From assembly GCA_963822445.1 (NCBI GenBank), contig CAWGHO010000003.1, positions 448,001 through 512,000 of the forward strand: a stretch of 64,000 nt of DNA, given 5' to 3'. Made by a program: the position numbers and the translations under genes. Source of the DNA: an uncultured Acidobacteriota bacterium (GTDB lineage Bacteria; Acidobacteriota; Thermoanaerobaculia; Gp7-AA8). The notes beneath the pieces are model-generated. The model saw only the letters and a list, made by a program, of their open reading frames with translations. It was not told where the DNA came from and searched no databases. Shown piece by piece: positions 38,216 to 47,861 of this stretch (position 1 is the first letter of the stretch; every line of letters begins with the position of its first letter).

Positions 38216-41200
38216 ATGTCTTCTCTGCCGCGTGAGGTGCACGAAGTGCTCGAGCACGAGTACGTCTCGATGTACGGACCGCTCGAGTGCGTCGACGTCC
38301 GCTACACGGCGGAGCAGATCGTCGACGTGCAATGGGTCCTCTCGATCCTGCGCGCCTGCGAGCTGGCCGATGACCAGCTGGCCCGCCACGCCGCCCAGGC
38401 CGAGAGCATCGACGCCGCTCGACGCTCGCTCGCCGCAAAGCTCAACGCGATGGTCGCCATCGACCCCGCCCAGAACCCCACCGGCAACCGCGGCGAGGAA
38501 AATCGCCTGCAGGCCGAGCAGCGCTCGATCCTGTGCAACCACCTCATTCACTCCCCGGCGCTCACCAGCATCGGACGCATGCTCATCGAGCAGTACGACG
38601 ATCTCTTCACCGAGACCACGAGCGACGCCAGGCTGCAGGAGATCCACCGCCGCATCGTCGACGAGGCGTTCAGCGGCGCGGTGAAGCCGCTGCGGGACCG
38701 GCGTCTGGCCAAGGTCTACGAGAAGCTGCATGCGCGCGCGAAAGAAGACGACTCGAAGGCCCGCACGGCGCTGTGTATCTCCGGCGGCGGCATCCGCAGC
38801 GCGACCTTTGCCATGGGCGTGATCCAGGGGCTGGCCAGCGCGAAGATCCTCGACAAGTTCGACTTACTCTCCACCGTCTCCGGCGGCGGCTACATCGGAA
38901 GCTGGCTCTCGTCCTGGGCGCGCCGCCATCCGCATGGGATGAGCGGCGTGCAGGAGGATCTCGCGGCATGCGACAGCGCCGCCGGTTGGGTGCGCCCGGC
39001 CGACGACACGACGCACGGGCCGTCACGCCCCAAAGCAAAAGACCAGAAGATCGAGCCGGAGCCGAAGCCGGTCCGCCATCTGCGCGACTACAGCAACTAC
39101 CTCAGCCCGCGTCTGGGCCTCTTCTCCGGCGACGCCTGGACCATGGCCGCGCTCTACGTCCGCAACCTGATGCTGAATCTCCTCGTGCTGATCCCGGTCA
39201 TCGCCCTGGCCCTGGCCGTGCCGCGGTTCTACGCGTTCTTCACCGGCACGACATTCTGGGTGCCGGTCTGGCTGTACCCGTCGACGACGGTGATCTGTCT
39301 CTTCCTGGCCTTCCGCTACATCGGCATGCATCGACCAGTCGATCACGACACGAAAGTCGAGCAGTCGACAGGCAACGCCGACGCGGCGTATTTCCGCGGC
39401 TGCGTCCTTCCGCTCCTCGGCGCCGCGGTGTCGGTCACGCTGTTCTGGGCCGACGTGCACAGTGGCCTCAACGATCTGACCAACCGATATGTGATCGGCG
39501 CCGCGACGCTGACCGCGCTGGCGACCACGTTCTGGCCGTACTTCGTCTACTACCGCCGCTTCCACAAATCGGTGCAGACGTCGTGGCGCAGCAACCTCGC
39601 CGATGCCGATGCCCTTCGCAGCCATCTCAAGCACAAGAAGGTCCGTGAGATCACCGGCACGCTCCTCGGCCTCGTCACCGCGGCGGCGATGGTCTACCTC
39701 CTGGCGACGGAGGTCTTCAACAAGCCGCTGCAGGATTTCAACGACCTGATTCGCATCGCCGAGCGCGCGCCGGCCGATCGCGCCGGCGCGGACCTCACTC
39801 CCTGGGCCACGCTCTACACCTGCTTCGCCGTGCCGGCCATGCTGCTCGTGTTCTACGTGCAGGCCACGATCTTCGTCGGCATCTCCAGCCATCGCAACGA
39901 AGACCACGATCGCGAATGGTGGGGCCGCGGCGGCGCCTGGCTGCTGATCACCGCCGTCGCCTGGGCCGCGCTCTCCGGCATCGCCGTGTTCGGGCCGGTG
40001 GCGCTGTACCACGCGCCGATCATCCTCGGCACGATCGGCGGCGGCGCGGGCATCCTCGCCGCGCTGCTCGGATTCAGCGCGAAGACGCCGGCGAACAAGA
40101 AGGAGAAAGAGGATGCCGGCGCGACCGCGAAAGCCGGCAACGCCGCTCTCGGTCTGGCCACGCCGCTGTTCGCGCTCTTCTTTCTCGCTCTGATCTCCCT
40201 GGCCACGACCTGGCTCACTCATCAGGCCAAGCCGGTCGCTGAATCGGACAAGTGGGAATCGAAGAAGTACGCGCTCGACTCACAGCTGCAGTCGAAGGCC
40301 GTGCGCACCCGGTCCTCGCGGCAGCATGAGAACGTTCAGATCCAGGACGAGTCGCCGCTCGCGTCTCGCGTGTCGCTGCCGGAATTGCGCGCGTTCGCGC
40401 ACTACCGCACCGTTGCCACGACCGAGCATTGGGAGCTGTTGATTCTGCTCGCCGTGGCCGGCCTCGCGTACTGGCTCTCGCGGTCGATCGGCGTGAACAA
40501 GTTCTCGATGCACGCCTTGTATCGGAACCGCCTGATCCGCGCCTACCTCGGCGCCTCCCGTTACGCGCGTAACGCCCATCCCTTCACCGGCTTCGACGAG
40601 AAGGACGACCTGCAGATGTACCGCCTGCGGCCGGAGCTGCTCTGGCCGAACGATCTCGTCAATCCGCTGGCCTTCTTCGATCAGTTGAAAGAAGGCGCGC
40701 GGAAAACGCAGACCGGCCTGGAGGGCAAGCTGCTCGGCAAGCGCAAGCTCGCACAGCATCTCTGGACGCGCTTCTACGCGACGACGCAGAAGCAGATTCT
40801 CGCGGGGAAGGTCAACCGCGATGCGATCGACTCGGTCGTGCACAACATCAACGCCATCCTCGTCGACGACAGCCAGCATCTCGAGGACGTGCCCGACCTC
40901 GGCCTGCCCGCCGATTTCTGGGCTCGGCGCGTCAACGGCTGCATCCCCCATCCGCCGCTCCTGCGCAACCGCGCGGTGCTCGATCATTTCCTCGGCGACG
41001 TGATCTCGCCGATGGCCCGGCCGAAAGATGCGCCGCCCGACGAGACGGCGATGACGCGCGGCGACGAAACGCTGTCGAAGCTCGGCAAAGGCTCGATCAC
41101 CCGCGGTCCGCTGCACATCGTCAACGTGGCTCTGAATCTCGTCGGCGGCGACAAGCTCGCCTGGCAGCAGCGCAAAGCAGCGCCGTTCACCGTTTCGCCG

Positions 41201-42169
41201 TACGACACGGGCGGTCTGTACCTCGGCTACCGCGACTCGCGCCTGTACGGCGGCAAAGACGGGATCTCGCTCGGCACCGCGGTCACGATCTCCGGCGCGG
41301 CGGCCAGTCCGAACATGGGCTATCACTCCTCGCCGGCGATGGGCTTCCTCTTGACGCTCTTCAACGTCCGCCTGGGATGGTGGCTCGGCAATCCGGGCCC
41401 GAACGGTCAGGACGTCTTCCACCGCGAGCATCCCGAGACCAATCTCGGCCCGATCGTCTCGGAAATGATCGGCAAGACCAACGACCGCTACAAATGGGTG
41501 TACCTCTCCGACGGCGGCCACTTCGAGAACCTCGGCCTGTACGAGATGGTCCTCCGCCGCTGCCACTACATCGTGCTCAGCGACGCCGGCGCCGATCCCG
41601 ACTTCGCGTTCGAAGACCTCGGCAACGCCATCCGGAAGATCCGCACCGACCTCGGCGTGCCGATCGACATCGAAGAAATGTCCATGCTGCCGCGCACCGC
41701 GGACGGCCCGATGAACGAAGGCCGCTACGTCGCCACGGCCACGATCCGCTACACCGCCGTCGACGGCGAGGATGCGAAGGACGGCCTGCTGATCTATCTC
41801 AAGCCCGGCATCTATCAGGACGACTACTTCCCCCGCGACGTCTTCAACTACGCGCAGGAGTCGAAGCTCTTCCCGCACGAGCCGACCAGCGACCAGTTCT
41901 TCAGCGAATCGCAGTTCGAGAGCTACCGCGCCCTCGGCCGCCACGCCATCAACGACATCTGCTGCAACTACCCCGATCGCGCATCGACCGCGCGGCCGCG
42001 CATTCCGATCACCAAGCAGTTCCGCAACGTCCCGCACTTTGCCGAGTTCGTCGAGGACAAGGCCCGCGCCGCGCGGCCTACCGCGCCGGAACAGGTGATC
42101 GCCGATGCGATCCGGCAGATGGCGTTACGGGCTGACGCACCGGGTCCCGGAAAGGCGATCGGGGAGTGA
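38216..42169 (+). CDS. Large membrane-embedded patatin/cPLA2-like phospholipase
   Basis: ALCISGGGIRSA oxyanion motif, STVSGGGY nucleophile, LSDGGHFENLG catalytic Asp; about 10 TM helices between them. Confidence 0.85.
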   Translation: MSSLPREVHEVLEHEYVSMYGPLECVDVRYTAEQIVDVQWVLSILRACELADDQLARHAAQAESIDAARRSLAAKLNAMVAIDPAQNPTGNRGEENRLQAEQRSILCNHLIHSPALTSIGRMLIEQYDDLFTETTSDARLQEIHRRIVDEAFSGAVKPLRDRRLAKVYEKLHARAKEDDSKARTALCISGGGIRSATFAMGVIQGLASAKILDKFDLLSTVSGGGYIGSWLSSWARRHPHGMSGVQEDLAACDSAAGWVRPADDTTHGPSRPKAKDQKIEPEPKPVRHLRDYSNYLSPRLGLFSGDAWTMAALYVRNLMLNLLVLIPVIALALAVPRFYAFFTGTTFWVPVWLYPSTTVICLFLAFRYIGMHRPVDHDTKVEQSTGNADAAYFRGCVLPLLGAAVSVTLFWADVHSGLNDLTNRYVIGAATLTALATTFWPYFVYYRRFHKSVQTSWRSNLADADALRSHLKHKKVREITGTLLGLVTAAAMVYLLATEVFNKPLQDFNDLIRIAERAPADRAGADLTPWATLYTCFAVPAMLLVFYVQATIFVGISSHRNEDHDREWWGRGGAWLLITAVAWAALSGIAVFGPVALYHAPIILGTIGGGAGILAALLGFSAKTPANKKEKEDAGATAKAGNAALGLATPLFALFFLALISLATTWLTHQAKPVAESDKWESKKYALDSQLQSKAVRTRSSRQHENVQIQDESPLASRVSLPELRAFAHYRTVATTEHWELLILLAVAGLAYWLSRSIGVNKFSMHALYRNRLIRAYLGASRYARNAHPFTGFDEKDDLQMYRLRPELLWPNDLVNPLAFFDQLKEGARKTQTGLEGKLLGKRKLAQHLWTRFYATTQKQILAGKVNRDAIDSVVHNINAILVDDSQHLEDVPDLGLPADFWARRVNGCIPHPPLLRNRAVLDHFLGDVISPMARPKDAPPDETAMTRGDETLSKLGKGSITRGPLHIVNVALNLVGGDKLAWQQRKAAPFTVSPYDTGGLYLGYRDSRLYGGKDGISLGTAVTISGAAASPNMGYHSSPAMGFLLTLFNVRLGWWLGNPGPNGQDVFHREHPETNLGPIVSEMIGKTNDRYKWVYLSDGGHFENLGLYEMVLRRCHYIVLSDAGADPDFAFEDLGNAIRKIRTDLGVPIDIEEMSMLPRTADGPMNEGRYVATATIRYTAVDGEDAKDGLLIYLKPGIYQDDYFPRDVFNYAQESKLFPHEPTSDQFFSESQFESYRALGRHAINDICCNYPDRASTARPRIPITKQFRNVPHFAEFVEDKARAARPTAPEQVIADAIRQMALRADAPGPGKAIGE

Positions 42170-42595
42170 CAGCCGCGAAGGCAGTGCCGCCAGCATCAAC
42201 CCGATGCCTGCGGTGAACAGCGAGAGGTAGAGCGCTGTCCACCGCAGCGTCGCGGCGCGCAACGACATCGCGCCATGCGCCGCGGCCACGCGTACGTCGA
42301 AGATCGTGCCGCCGATCGTCTTTCCCCAGAGCAGCCACGAACCGACGAAGTAGTAGTACGACATGACCACCACGAAGCCGGCCAGCGCGGCGTAGTGAAT
42401 CCAGGTCGAAGGCTGCGGGAGGAGGGGAGAGAGCGCGAGCGTGAGAGCCGCGAACAGGGAGAGGTCGGCGAGCAGTGCCAGGAGCCGCTTTCCTCGTGGA
42501 GCCGCATCGCCTGTTTCCAGCGGCTCGGGCTCGGGTGCGATCACATCGATCAGCGGTACGGCCTCGAGCTCAATCTCATCGAATCGCATGTCCAC
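42125..42595 (-). CDS. RDD family protein
   Basis: KRLLALLAD...WGKTIGG...SLPDRLSGT. Confidence 0.85.
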   Translation of the reverse strand: MDMRFDEIELEAVPLIDVIAPEPEPLETGDAAPRGKRLLALLADLSLFAALTLALSPLLPQPSTWIHYAALAGFVVVMSYYYFVGSWLLWGKTIGGTIFDVRVAAAHGAMSLRAATLRWTALYLSLFTAGIGLMLAALPSRLSLPDRLSGTRCVSP

Positions 42596-42606
42596 CCTCC
42601 CAGCCC

Positions 42607-42695
42607 AGTGATTAGTGGTTAGTCGTTAGTGATTAGTAGGGCGCAAACGCCGTTCCGCGCTGCTACTAATCACTAATCACTATCCACTAATCACT
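42607..42695. repeat. Inverted array of heptamer tandem repeats forming a long hairpin
   Basis: (AGTGATT)-like x4 + AGTAG at 42607-42639; CTACT + (AATCACT)-like x4 at 42663-42695; 23-nt loop. Confidence 0.9.
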
Positions 42696-42697
42696 TC

Positions 42698-44845
42698 TCA
42701 CGTGCCCTGCCTCAACGGCAGATATTTTACGTAGATCTTGTACAGCAGGTCCTTGTTCTTGCCTTCGTAACGAAGGGCGAGCTCGCGGCTGCGCTTGGCG
42801 ATCTCGTCGTTCGGATCCACTTTCAGCACTTCGTCGAAGGCGCGCACGGCCTCTTCGACCTTCTCTTCCTGCAGCGCGATTGCGCCGAGATTGAAGTAGG
42901 CGTCGTTGATCATCCGGCGGATGTTCTGGTTCTGCGGATCCTCGGCGAGAAGCGGCTGCAGGCTGGCCAGCGCTTCCCCGTACTTGCGCTCCGCGAACAG
43001 CGCCTTGGCCGCGTCGAGCTTCGCCAACTTTTCTGACGCGCGGTCGTAGAGCTCCTGCAGCTCCGGCGTCAGCGGCTTGACGTTGCGGGCTTCATCGAAG
43101 GCCGCCTTCGCTCCCGCGAAGTCATTCGCGGCGATCGCCGCCTGTGCCGCCGCAACTTTCGAGGCGAAGTACTGATCCGGCGACATTCCGGCGATCGTCT
43201 CGCCGGCCTTGGCTTTCTTCTGCTGCAGGTCGGCGATCATCTCCAGCGCCTTGTCGTGCTCCGGATCGTCCGGTTTGATGTCCTGAAGCGCGGCGATGGC
43301 CTGGTCGTACTTGCCCTGCGAAGCGAGCATCGAGGCCCGCGCGAAGATCGACTGCGTCTGGGCCGGATCGGCGGCCGGCTTGTTCATGAACCGGTTCCAG
43401 ACGAAATAACCGCCGCCGCCCAGAACGAGCAGCGCCAGCACCGCGGCAATGGCTCCCATCGGCAGTTTCCTGCCGCCGGTCGAGGCTGCTGCTGCCTTCG
43501 CTTTGGCCGTGGCTGCGGCTGCGGCTTTTTTCCCGGCGGGAGTCGAGACATCCGGTGGGATCAGCGGCGCTTCGACGCCTTCCGGTAACGGCTCTTCGTC
43601 GAAGAAGCCGAGGTCGATCTTGTCCTCCATCGGCGGAGGAACGAAATCGCCGACGGTGCCCCCCGCGCCGCCTTCGACAGGCTCGTTGATCCGCTCCATG
43701 TAGTCCTGCGCCGCGACGTTGTTCGGATCGATGCGCAGCACCTCGGCCAGCTCGACGCGCGCTCGATTCATGTCCTTGCGGTCGTAAGCGGTGATCGCCG
43801 AACCGAGAAGCGTTTCGACCTTGCTCTCGATCTCGCGGCGGCGCGCCTTCGCGCGCTCGATGCGGTCCGAGGCCTGGTCGTTGGTGACGTCGATGAGGAA
43901 GATGCGCGACCAGAGATCGATGGCCTGCTGGTAATCGCCGGCGTCGAAAGCCCGGTCGCCGTCGGTCAGATATTGCTGGATCTTTTGCTGATCGTCGGGG
44001 GTCGATGAGACCGAGGCTGTCGCGAAATCGAAGTCACCTGCCGGTGCTGCGGGTGCGTCGAACGTGAATGCGCCGCCGGACGGTGCCGAGGGTGCAGCGC
44101 CTCCGCCGAACGAGAAGTTCTCGAACGCGTTTTCAGACACCGACTGGGCCGGCGGATCAAACGAAAACCCCGAGAACGATTGGGCGGCAGGTGCCGGCTT
44201 GTCTTCTTCGAAGGTGAAGCCGAAGTCCGATGCGGGTGCGGCAGCGCGGCCGGTGGCCTGCTGCGCGCGATCGTCGACGACGAACGAAGGCGTCGCGGAG
44301 CGCGGTCCTTCGGATTCCTTCACGGCGATCGCTTTGCTGATGCGAATCACTTCCGGGTGCGTCGCGTCGAGCGCGCGTGCCTTTTCGATGTCCGTGCGCG
44401 CGCCGGCGAGATTGCCGCTGGCCAGGTACTGATCGCACTTGCGGACGAACTGGTCGACGAACGGCGCGGCTTCGAGCTTCTCGCGCGCTTCGTCGCCGAG
44501 GATGCGAGCCTCGTCGTTCATCAGATCGTTGGTGAGGACCTCCGTCGTGGCCTGGATGACCCGTTCGAAATCGCGCGCGGCCATGGCCTGGCGGGCCTGA
44601 TCGAGCGGCGACGCGGTCTCGGCGGGAAGGAGTGAATCGACGTCGATCGGCGCCCCGGGATTGCGCACTTTTTCCAGCAGTTTCTTCGCCGGATCGAACA
44701 CCGGATCCATCTGCAGCAGGAGGTTGCAACCGGCGACGACCTCGTCCGGGCGGCCCTGGTGGTAGAGGGCGAGCGTCTGCCGGAACGTCGAGACGACCCG
44801 GTCTTTCACTGGGCCGGCGAGCGAGGGATTTCCTGGATAAGTCAT
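42698..44845 (-). CDS. Tetratricopeptide-repeat protein with one TM helix
   Basis: TPR motifs (GDYQQAIDLWSRIFLID, AFDEVLKVDPND); TM AIAAVLALLVLGGGGYFVW; Phe/Pro/Ala-rich linker. Confidence 0.85.
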   Translation of the reverse strand: MTYPGNPSLAGPVKDRVVSTFRQTLALYHQGRPDEVVAGCNLLLQMDPVFDPAKKLLEKVRNPGAPIDVDSLLPAETASPLDQARQAMAARDFERVIQATTEVLTNDLMNDEARILGDEAREKLEAAPFVDQFVRKCDQYLASGNLAGARTDIEKARALDATHPEVIRISKAIAVKESEGPRSATPSFVVDDRAQQATGRAAAPASDFGFTFEEDKPAPAAQSFSGFSFDPPAQSVSENAFENFSFGGGAAPSAPSGGAFTFDAPAAPAGDFDFATASVSSTPDDQQKIQQYLTDGDRAFDAGDYQQAIDLWSRIFLIDVTNDQASDRIERAKARRREIESKVETLLGSAITAYDRKDMNRARVELAEVLRIDPNNVAAQDYMERINEPVEGGAGGTVGDFVPPPMEDKIDLGFFDEEPLPEGVEAPLIPPDVSTPAGKKAAAAATAKAKAAAASTGGRKLPMGAIAAVLALLVLGGGGYFVWNRFMNKPAADPAQTQSIFARASMLASQGKYDQAIAALQDIKPDDPEHDKALEMIADLQQKKAKAGETIAGMSPDQYFASKVAAAQAAIAANDFAGAKAAFDEARNVKPLTPELQELYDRASEKLAKLDAAKALFAERKYGEALASLQPLLAEDPQNQNIRRMINDAYFNLGAIALQEEKVEEAVRAFDEVLKVDPNDEIAKRSRELALRYEGKNKDLLYKIYVKYLPLRQGT

Positions 44846-44894
44846 GGGTCGCGCGATTATAGCTATACTGCGCCGCCTGAAAGGATTGCCGCGA

Positions 44895-45269
44895 ATGGAC
44901 TTCGTTGCCACAGATTCCGCGCCGAAAGCGATCGGCCCTTACTCACAAGCGGTGAAGGCAAACGGCCTCGTTTACACGTCGGGCCAGATCGCGCTCGATC
45001 CCGCCAGCGGCAACCTCGTGACCGACAGTTTCGAGGCGCAGGTCCGCCGCGTTTTCCAGAATCTCGAAGCGGTGCTGCTCGGCGCGGGGAGCGATTTCAG
45101 CCGCGTCATCAAGGCCACTGTCTACCTCACCGATCTCGCGAACTTTCAGGCGCTGAATACGATCTACGCCGAGGTCTTTGGCGATCACAAGCCGGCGCGA
45201 ACGACGGTCGGCGTGTCGCAGCTGCCGAAGGGCGCGGCCGTCGAGATCGATCTGATCGCGCTGACGTAG
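44895..45269 (+). CDS. ridA: RidA/YjgF family reactive intermediate deaminase
   Basis: APKAIGPYSQAV, SGQIALDP, KPARTTVGVSQLPKGAAVEID. Confidence 0.93.
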   Translation: MDFVATDSAPKAIGPYSQAVKANGLVYTSGQIALDPASGNLVTDSFEAQVRRVFQNLEAVLLGAGSDFSRVIKATVYLTDLANFQALNTIYAEVFGDHKPARTTVGVSQLPKGAAVEIDLIALT

Positions 45270-45272
45270 CTT

Positions 45273-46445
45273 TTGCGCGCGCCGCCGCGTCTCACTCCCG
45301 TGGCCTTCGTTCGGCTCCTCCTGCTCGCTGTCGGACTTCTGAATCTGCGCGGATGCTTCACGCCGTTGTGTGACGCCGTCCGGCGCTATGAGACGAAGGT
45401 CATCGCGACGCGCACGGGCGATCAGTTGCTGCGCGATGCCGCGCGCACGGCCGGCGGCGATCTCCTCCTCGACATGGGAATCGGCTACCTGCCGCCCGAG
45501 TATCACCACACCGTCGTGCGCGCGAACGATGTGTACGGACCGCAGGAACTGGCGAAGTTCAAGCTGACGGACCACTACGGCTCCGGCGTGGTCGCGGCGG
45601 GGGAGTCCTGGTGGTATTCGATCGCCGGACGGCGCGACGGTAAGAGCGAGTCGGGCGTCTTTTTCGCGACTCCCGAGGTGACGTTCGTTGCGGTCGACGA
45701 GATCCACAGCGCCGAGTGGCTGCCGCTCGATGACGAGGAACCGCGCGGACTGCTCGTCGGCCACGACCGCGACGGGTTGCGCGCGGTTGAAGTCACCCGC
45801 GAAGGTGTGCGCCGCCAGTGGCCGCTGCCGATGCAGATCGCCGTGGCTTCGGTCTGGCGCTCGGCCGAACGGCTCGACGGCGGCGCGATCGCCCTCGTGT
45901 ACTTCGACCACGCCGAAAGCAGGATCGTTCTGGAGATGCTCGACGGAGACGAGCCGGTGCGCACCGTGTTGCGAGGGAACCCGTCCTGGTCGCACGTCCG
46001 GCTGACGACCGCGCTGTCGGCTGACGGCATGCTCGCGGTCGTCCTGGAATCGAAATCAGGCGAGCTCGAGGCCGCGGTCTTCGATCCGCGCAATCCGGGC
46101 GAGTTGAAGTGGCAGCGTCTTACGGCGAAGGATGAGTCGGGGCGCTATCCGCGGGTGATCTTTCACGACGGGAAGTTCATCGCCGCCTGGCTGGCCTCGA
46201 CGAAGGAGCTGCGCGCCCGGACGTTTACCGCCGAAGGCACCGGTCCGGCAGGCACCATCGCCCCGTTGGTACAGCGCGGAACCCGAGATCCGGCGATCAC
46301 GATCATCCCCGACGGGGAGGAGCTGCTCTTCCTCTGGCAGGCGGACGAAGTGATGGTCCGAAGGGTGCCCGAGGACTTTGCCGGGCTCTGGTTTGTGGAG
46401 CAGCTTTGCCAGTTATTTGGTGGCACCTCGGTTGCAGCTCGGTGA
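45273..46445 (+). CDS. Hypothetical membrane-anchored or secreted protein
   Basis: 390-aa ORF between ridA and the metalloprotease; N-terminal hydrophobic segment; start uncertain. Confidence 0.6.
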   Translation: MRAPPRLTPVAFVRLLLLAVGLLNLRGCFTPLCDAVRRYETKVIATRTGDQLLRDAARTAGGDLLLDMGIGYLPPEYHHTVVRANDVYGPQELAKFKLTDHYGSGVVAAGESWWYSIAGRRDGKSESGVFFATPEVTFVAVDEIHSAEWLPLDDEEPRGLLVGHDRDGLRAVEVTREGVRRQWPLPMQIAVASVWRSAERLDGGAIALVYFDHAESRIVLEMLDGDEPVRTVLRGNPSWSHVRLTTALSADGMLAVVLESKSGELEAAVFDPRNPGELKWQRLTAKDESGRYPRVIFHDGKFIAAWLASTKELRARTFTAEGTGPAGTIAPLVQRGTRDPAITIIPDGEELLFLWQADEVMVRRVPEDFAGLWFVEQLCQLFGGTSVAAR

Positions 46446-46452
46446 GATCACC

Positions 46453-47730
46453 ATGTCCCTGCGGATCCCGGTGGCCCTTCTCGCGTTACTCCTTACGATT
46501 CCGGCACTTGCGTCGACCCGGCTGACGTACGACATCCAGGGGACGCCGACCGCCCTGGAATGGGCGCCGACGTCGTTCCCGCTGCAGTACGAGATCGACC
46601 AGCGGCTGATTCAATCGCGGGCCAATGCCCAGTCGCTCGTCGACGGCGCGTTTGCCGCCTGGAGCGAGCTCCCCGAGACGAACATCCAGTTCGAGACTCT
46701 CGGCACCACCAACAGCATCTCCGACACGAGCGCCGGCCGGATCGTGGTCTCGCTTGCCGACGATCTCTTCAAAGGTCAGGGCGCGCTGGCCATGACTACC
46801 TACAGCTTCGATCGCACCACCGGGCACTTCACCGACGCCGACATCATGGTCGACCCGTCGCTGCTCACCGGAAACTTCAACTTCCAGATGGCCCTGCAGC
46901 ACGAGATCGGTCACGTCCTCGGCCTCGATCACTCCGGCGTCATCTCCGCGGTCATGTATCCGTTCCTCAGCAGCGGCGACGCGCCGGCGGCGTTCGACAG
47001 CGATGACCGTATCGGCATCGCCATGACCTATCCGAAGAGCGATCCCACGCTGAACGGCGCGACGCTGACGGGGCGGGTGATGGGCGCCACTGGCGCGATT
47101 TTCGGCGCGCAGGTCGTTGCGGTCAGCGATCGCGGCCAGCCGATGGCCACCGCACTGACCAACGCCAACGGCGATTTCACGCTCGCCGGCATTCCTGCGG
47201 GCGCGTATCGCATCTACGCGGAGCCGCTCGACGGTCCCGTCGATCCGAAGTCGCTGCGCGGCACCTGGCGCGGCGCGAGCTCCATCTCCTTCCCGACGCA
47301 GTTCTTCGGTGAGACGCCGCTCGTCGTCGAGAGCGGTCGCGTGTACGGCAACCTCGTCGTCACCGCCGCGGGCGGCATGGGCCTCAATCCGAAATGGATC
47401 GGCGCCGGCGCCTCGACCTCGCACACGATGAGTCTCGGCACCACGCCGGCAACGGTGTATCCCGGCCAGGCGGTGAAGCTCGCCGTCGGCGGCGACGGCT
47501 TCACCAGCGGCATGACCGAGTTCGAAGTGCTCAATCCCGGCTTCCGCCGCGTCGGCAACTTCGAATACGCCTCGAACTACGTGACCGCGCAGTTCGTGAT
47601 CGAGCCCGACGCCACCGCGGGCTCAGCAGTCGTGCTCGTGAAGAGCGGCAACGACGTCGCCACGCTCACGGGTGCGCTGAAAGTGCATCGCGCCGCGGCG
47701 TCGCCAAAAGGGCGAGCCGTCAGGCGCTGA
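46453..47730 (+). CDS. Matrixin (M10)-family metalloprotease + carboxypeptidase-regulatory-like and Ig-like domains; ends KGRAVRR
   Basis: Signal peptide; HEIGHVLGLDHS zinc motif; AVMYP Met-turn. Confidence 0.9.
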   Translation: MSLRIPVALLALLLTIPALASTRLTYDIQGTPTALEWAPTSFPLQYEIDQRLIQSRANAQSLVDGAFAAWSELPETNIQFETLGTTNSISDTSAGRIVVSLADDLFKGQGALAMTTYSFDRTTGHFTDADIMVDPSLLTGNFNFQMALQHEIGHVLGLDHSGVISAVMYPFLSSGDAPAAFDSDDRIGIAMTYPKSDPTLNGATLTGRVMGATGAIFGAQVVAVSDRGQPMATALTNANGDFTLAGIPAGAYRIYAEPLDGPVDPKSLRGTWRGASSISFPTQFFGETPLVVESGRVYGNLVVTAAGGMGLNPKWIGAGASTSHTMSLGTTPATVYPGQAVKLAVGGDGFTSGMTEFEVLNPGFRRVGNFEYASNYVTAQFVIEPDATAGSAVVLVKSGNDVATLTGALKVHRAAASPKGRAVRR

Positions 47731-47861
47731 TCGCCGCCCTCTCCGGTACGGGCATACGGCATTCCTGAAATCTTATGTATCAGGATTGACGGAATTCGTC
47801 TGCGAACGTACGTTTGGAGCGCCCCAGGCGCAGTCCGAACCAGCGACGTGGAGAACCTGTC

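Noticed and set aside
42607-42695. CRISPR array
   Set aside because: The units are 7-bp tandem repeats without unique spacers, and there are no cas genes in the window.
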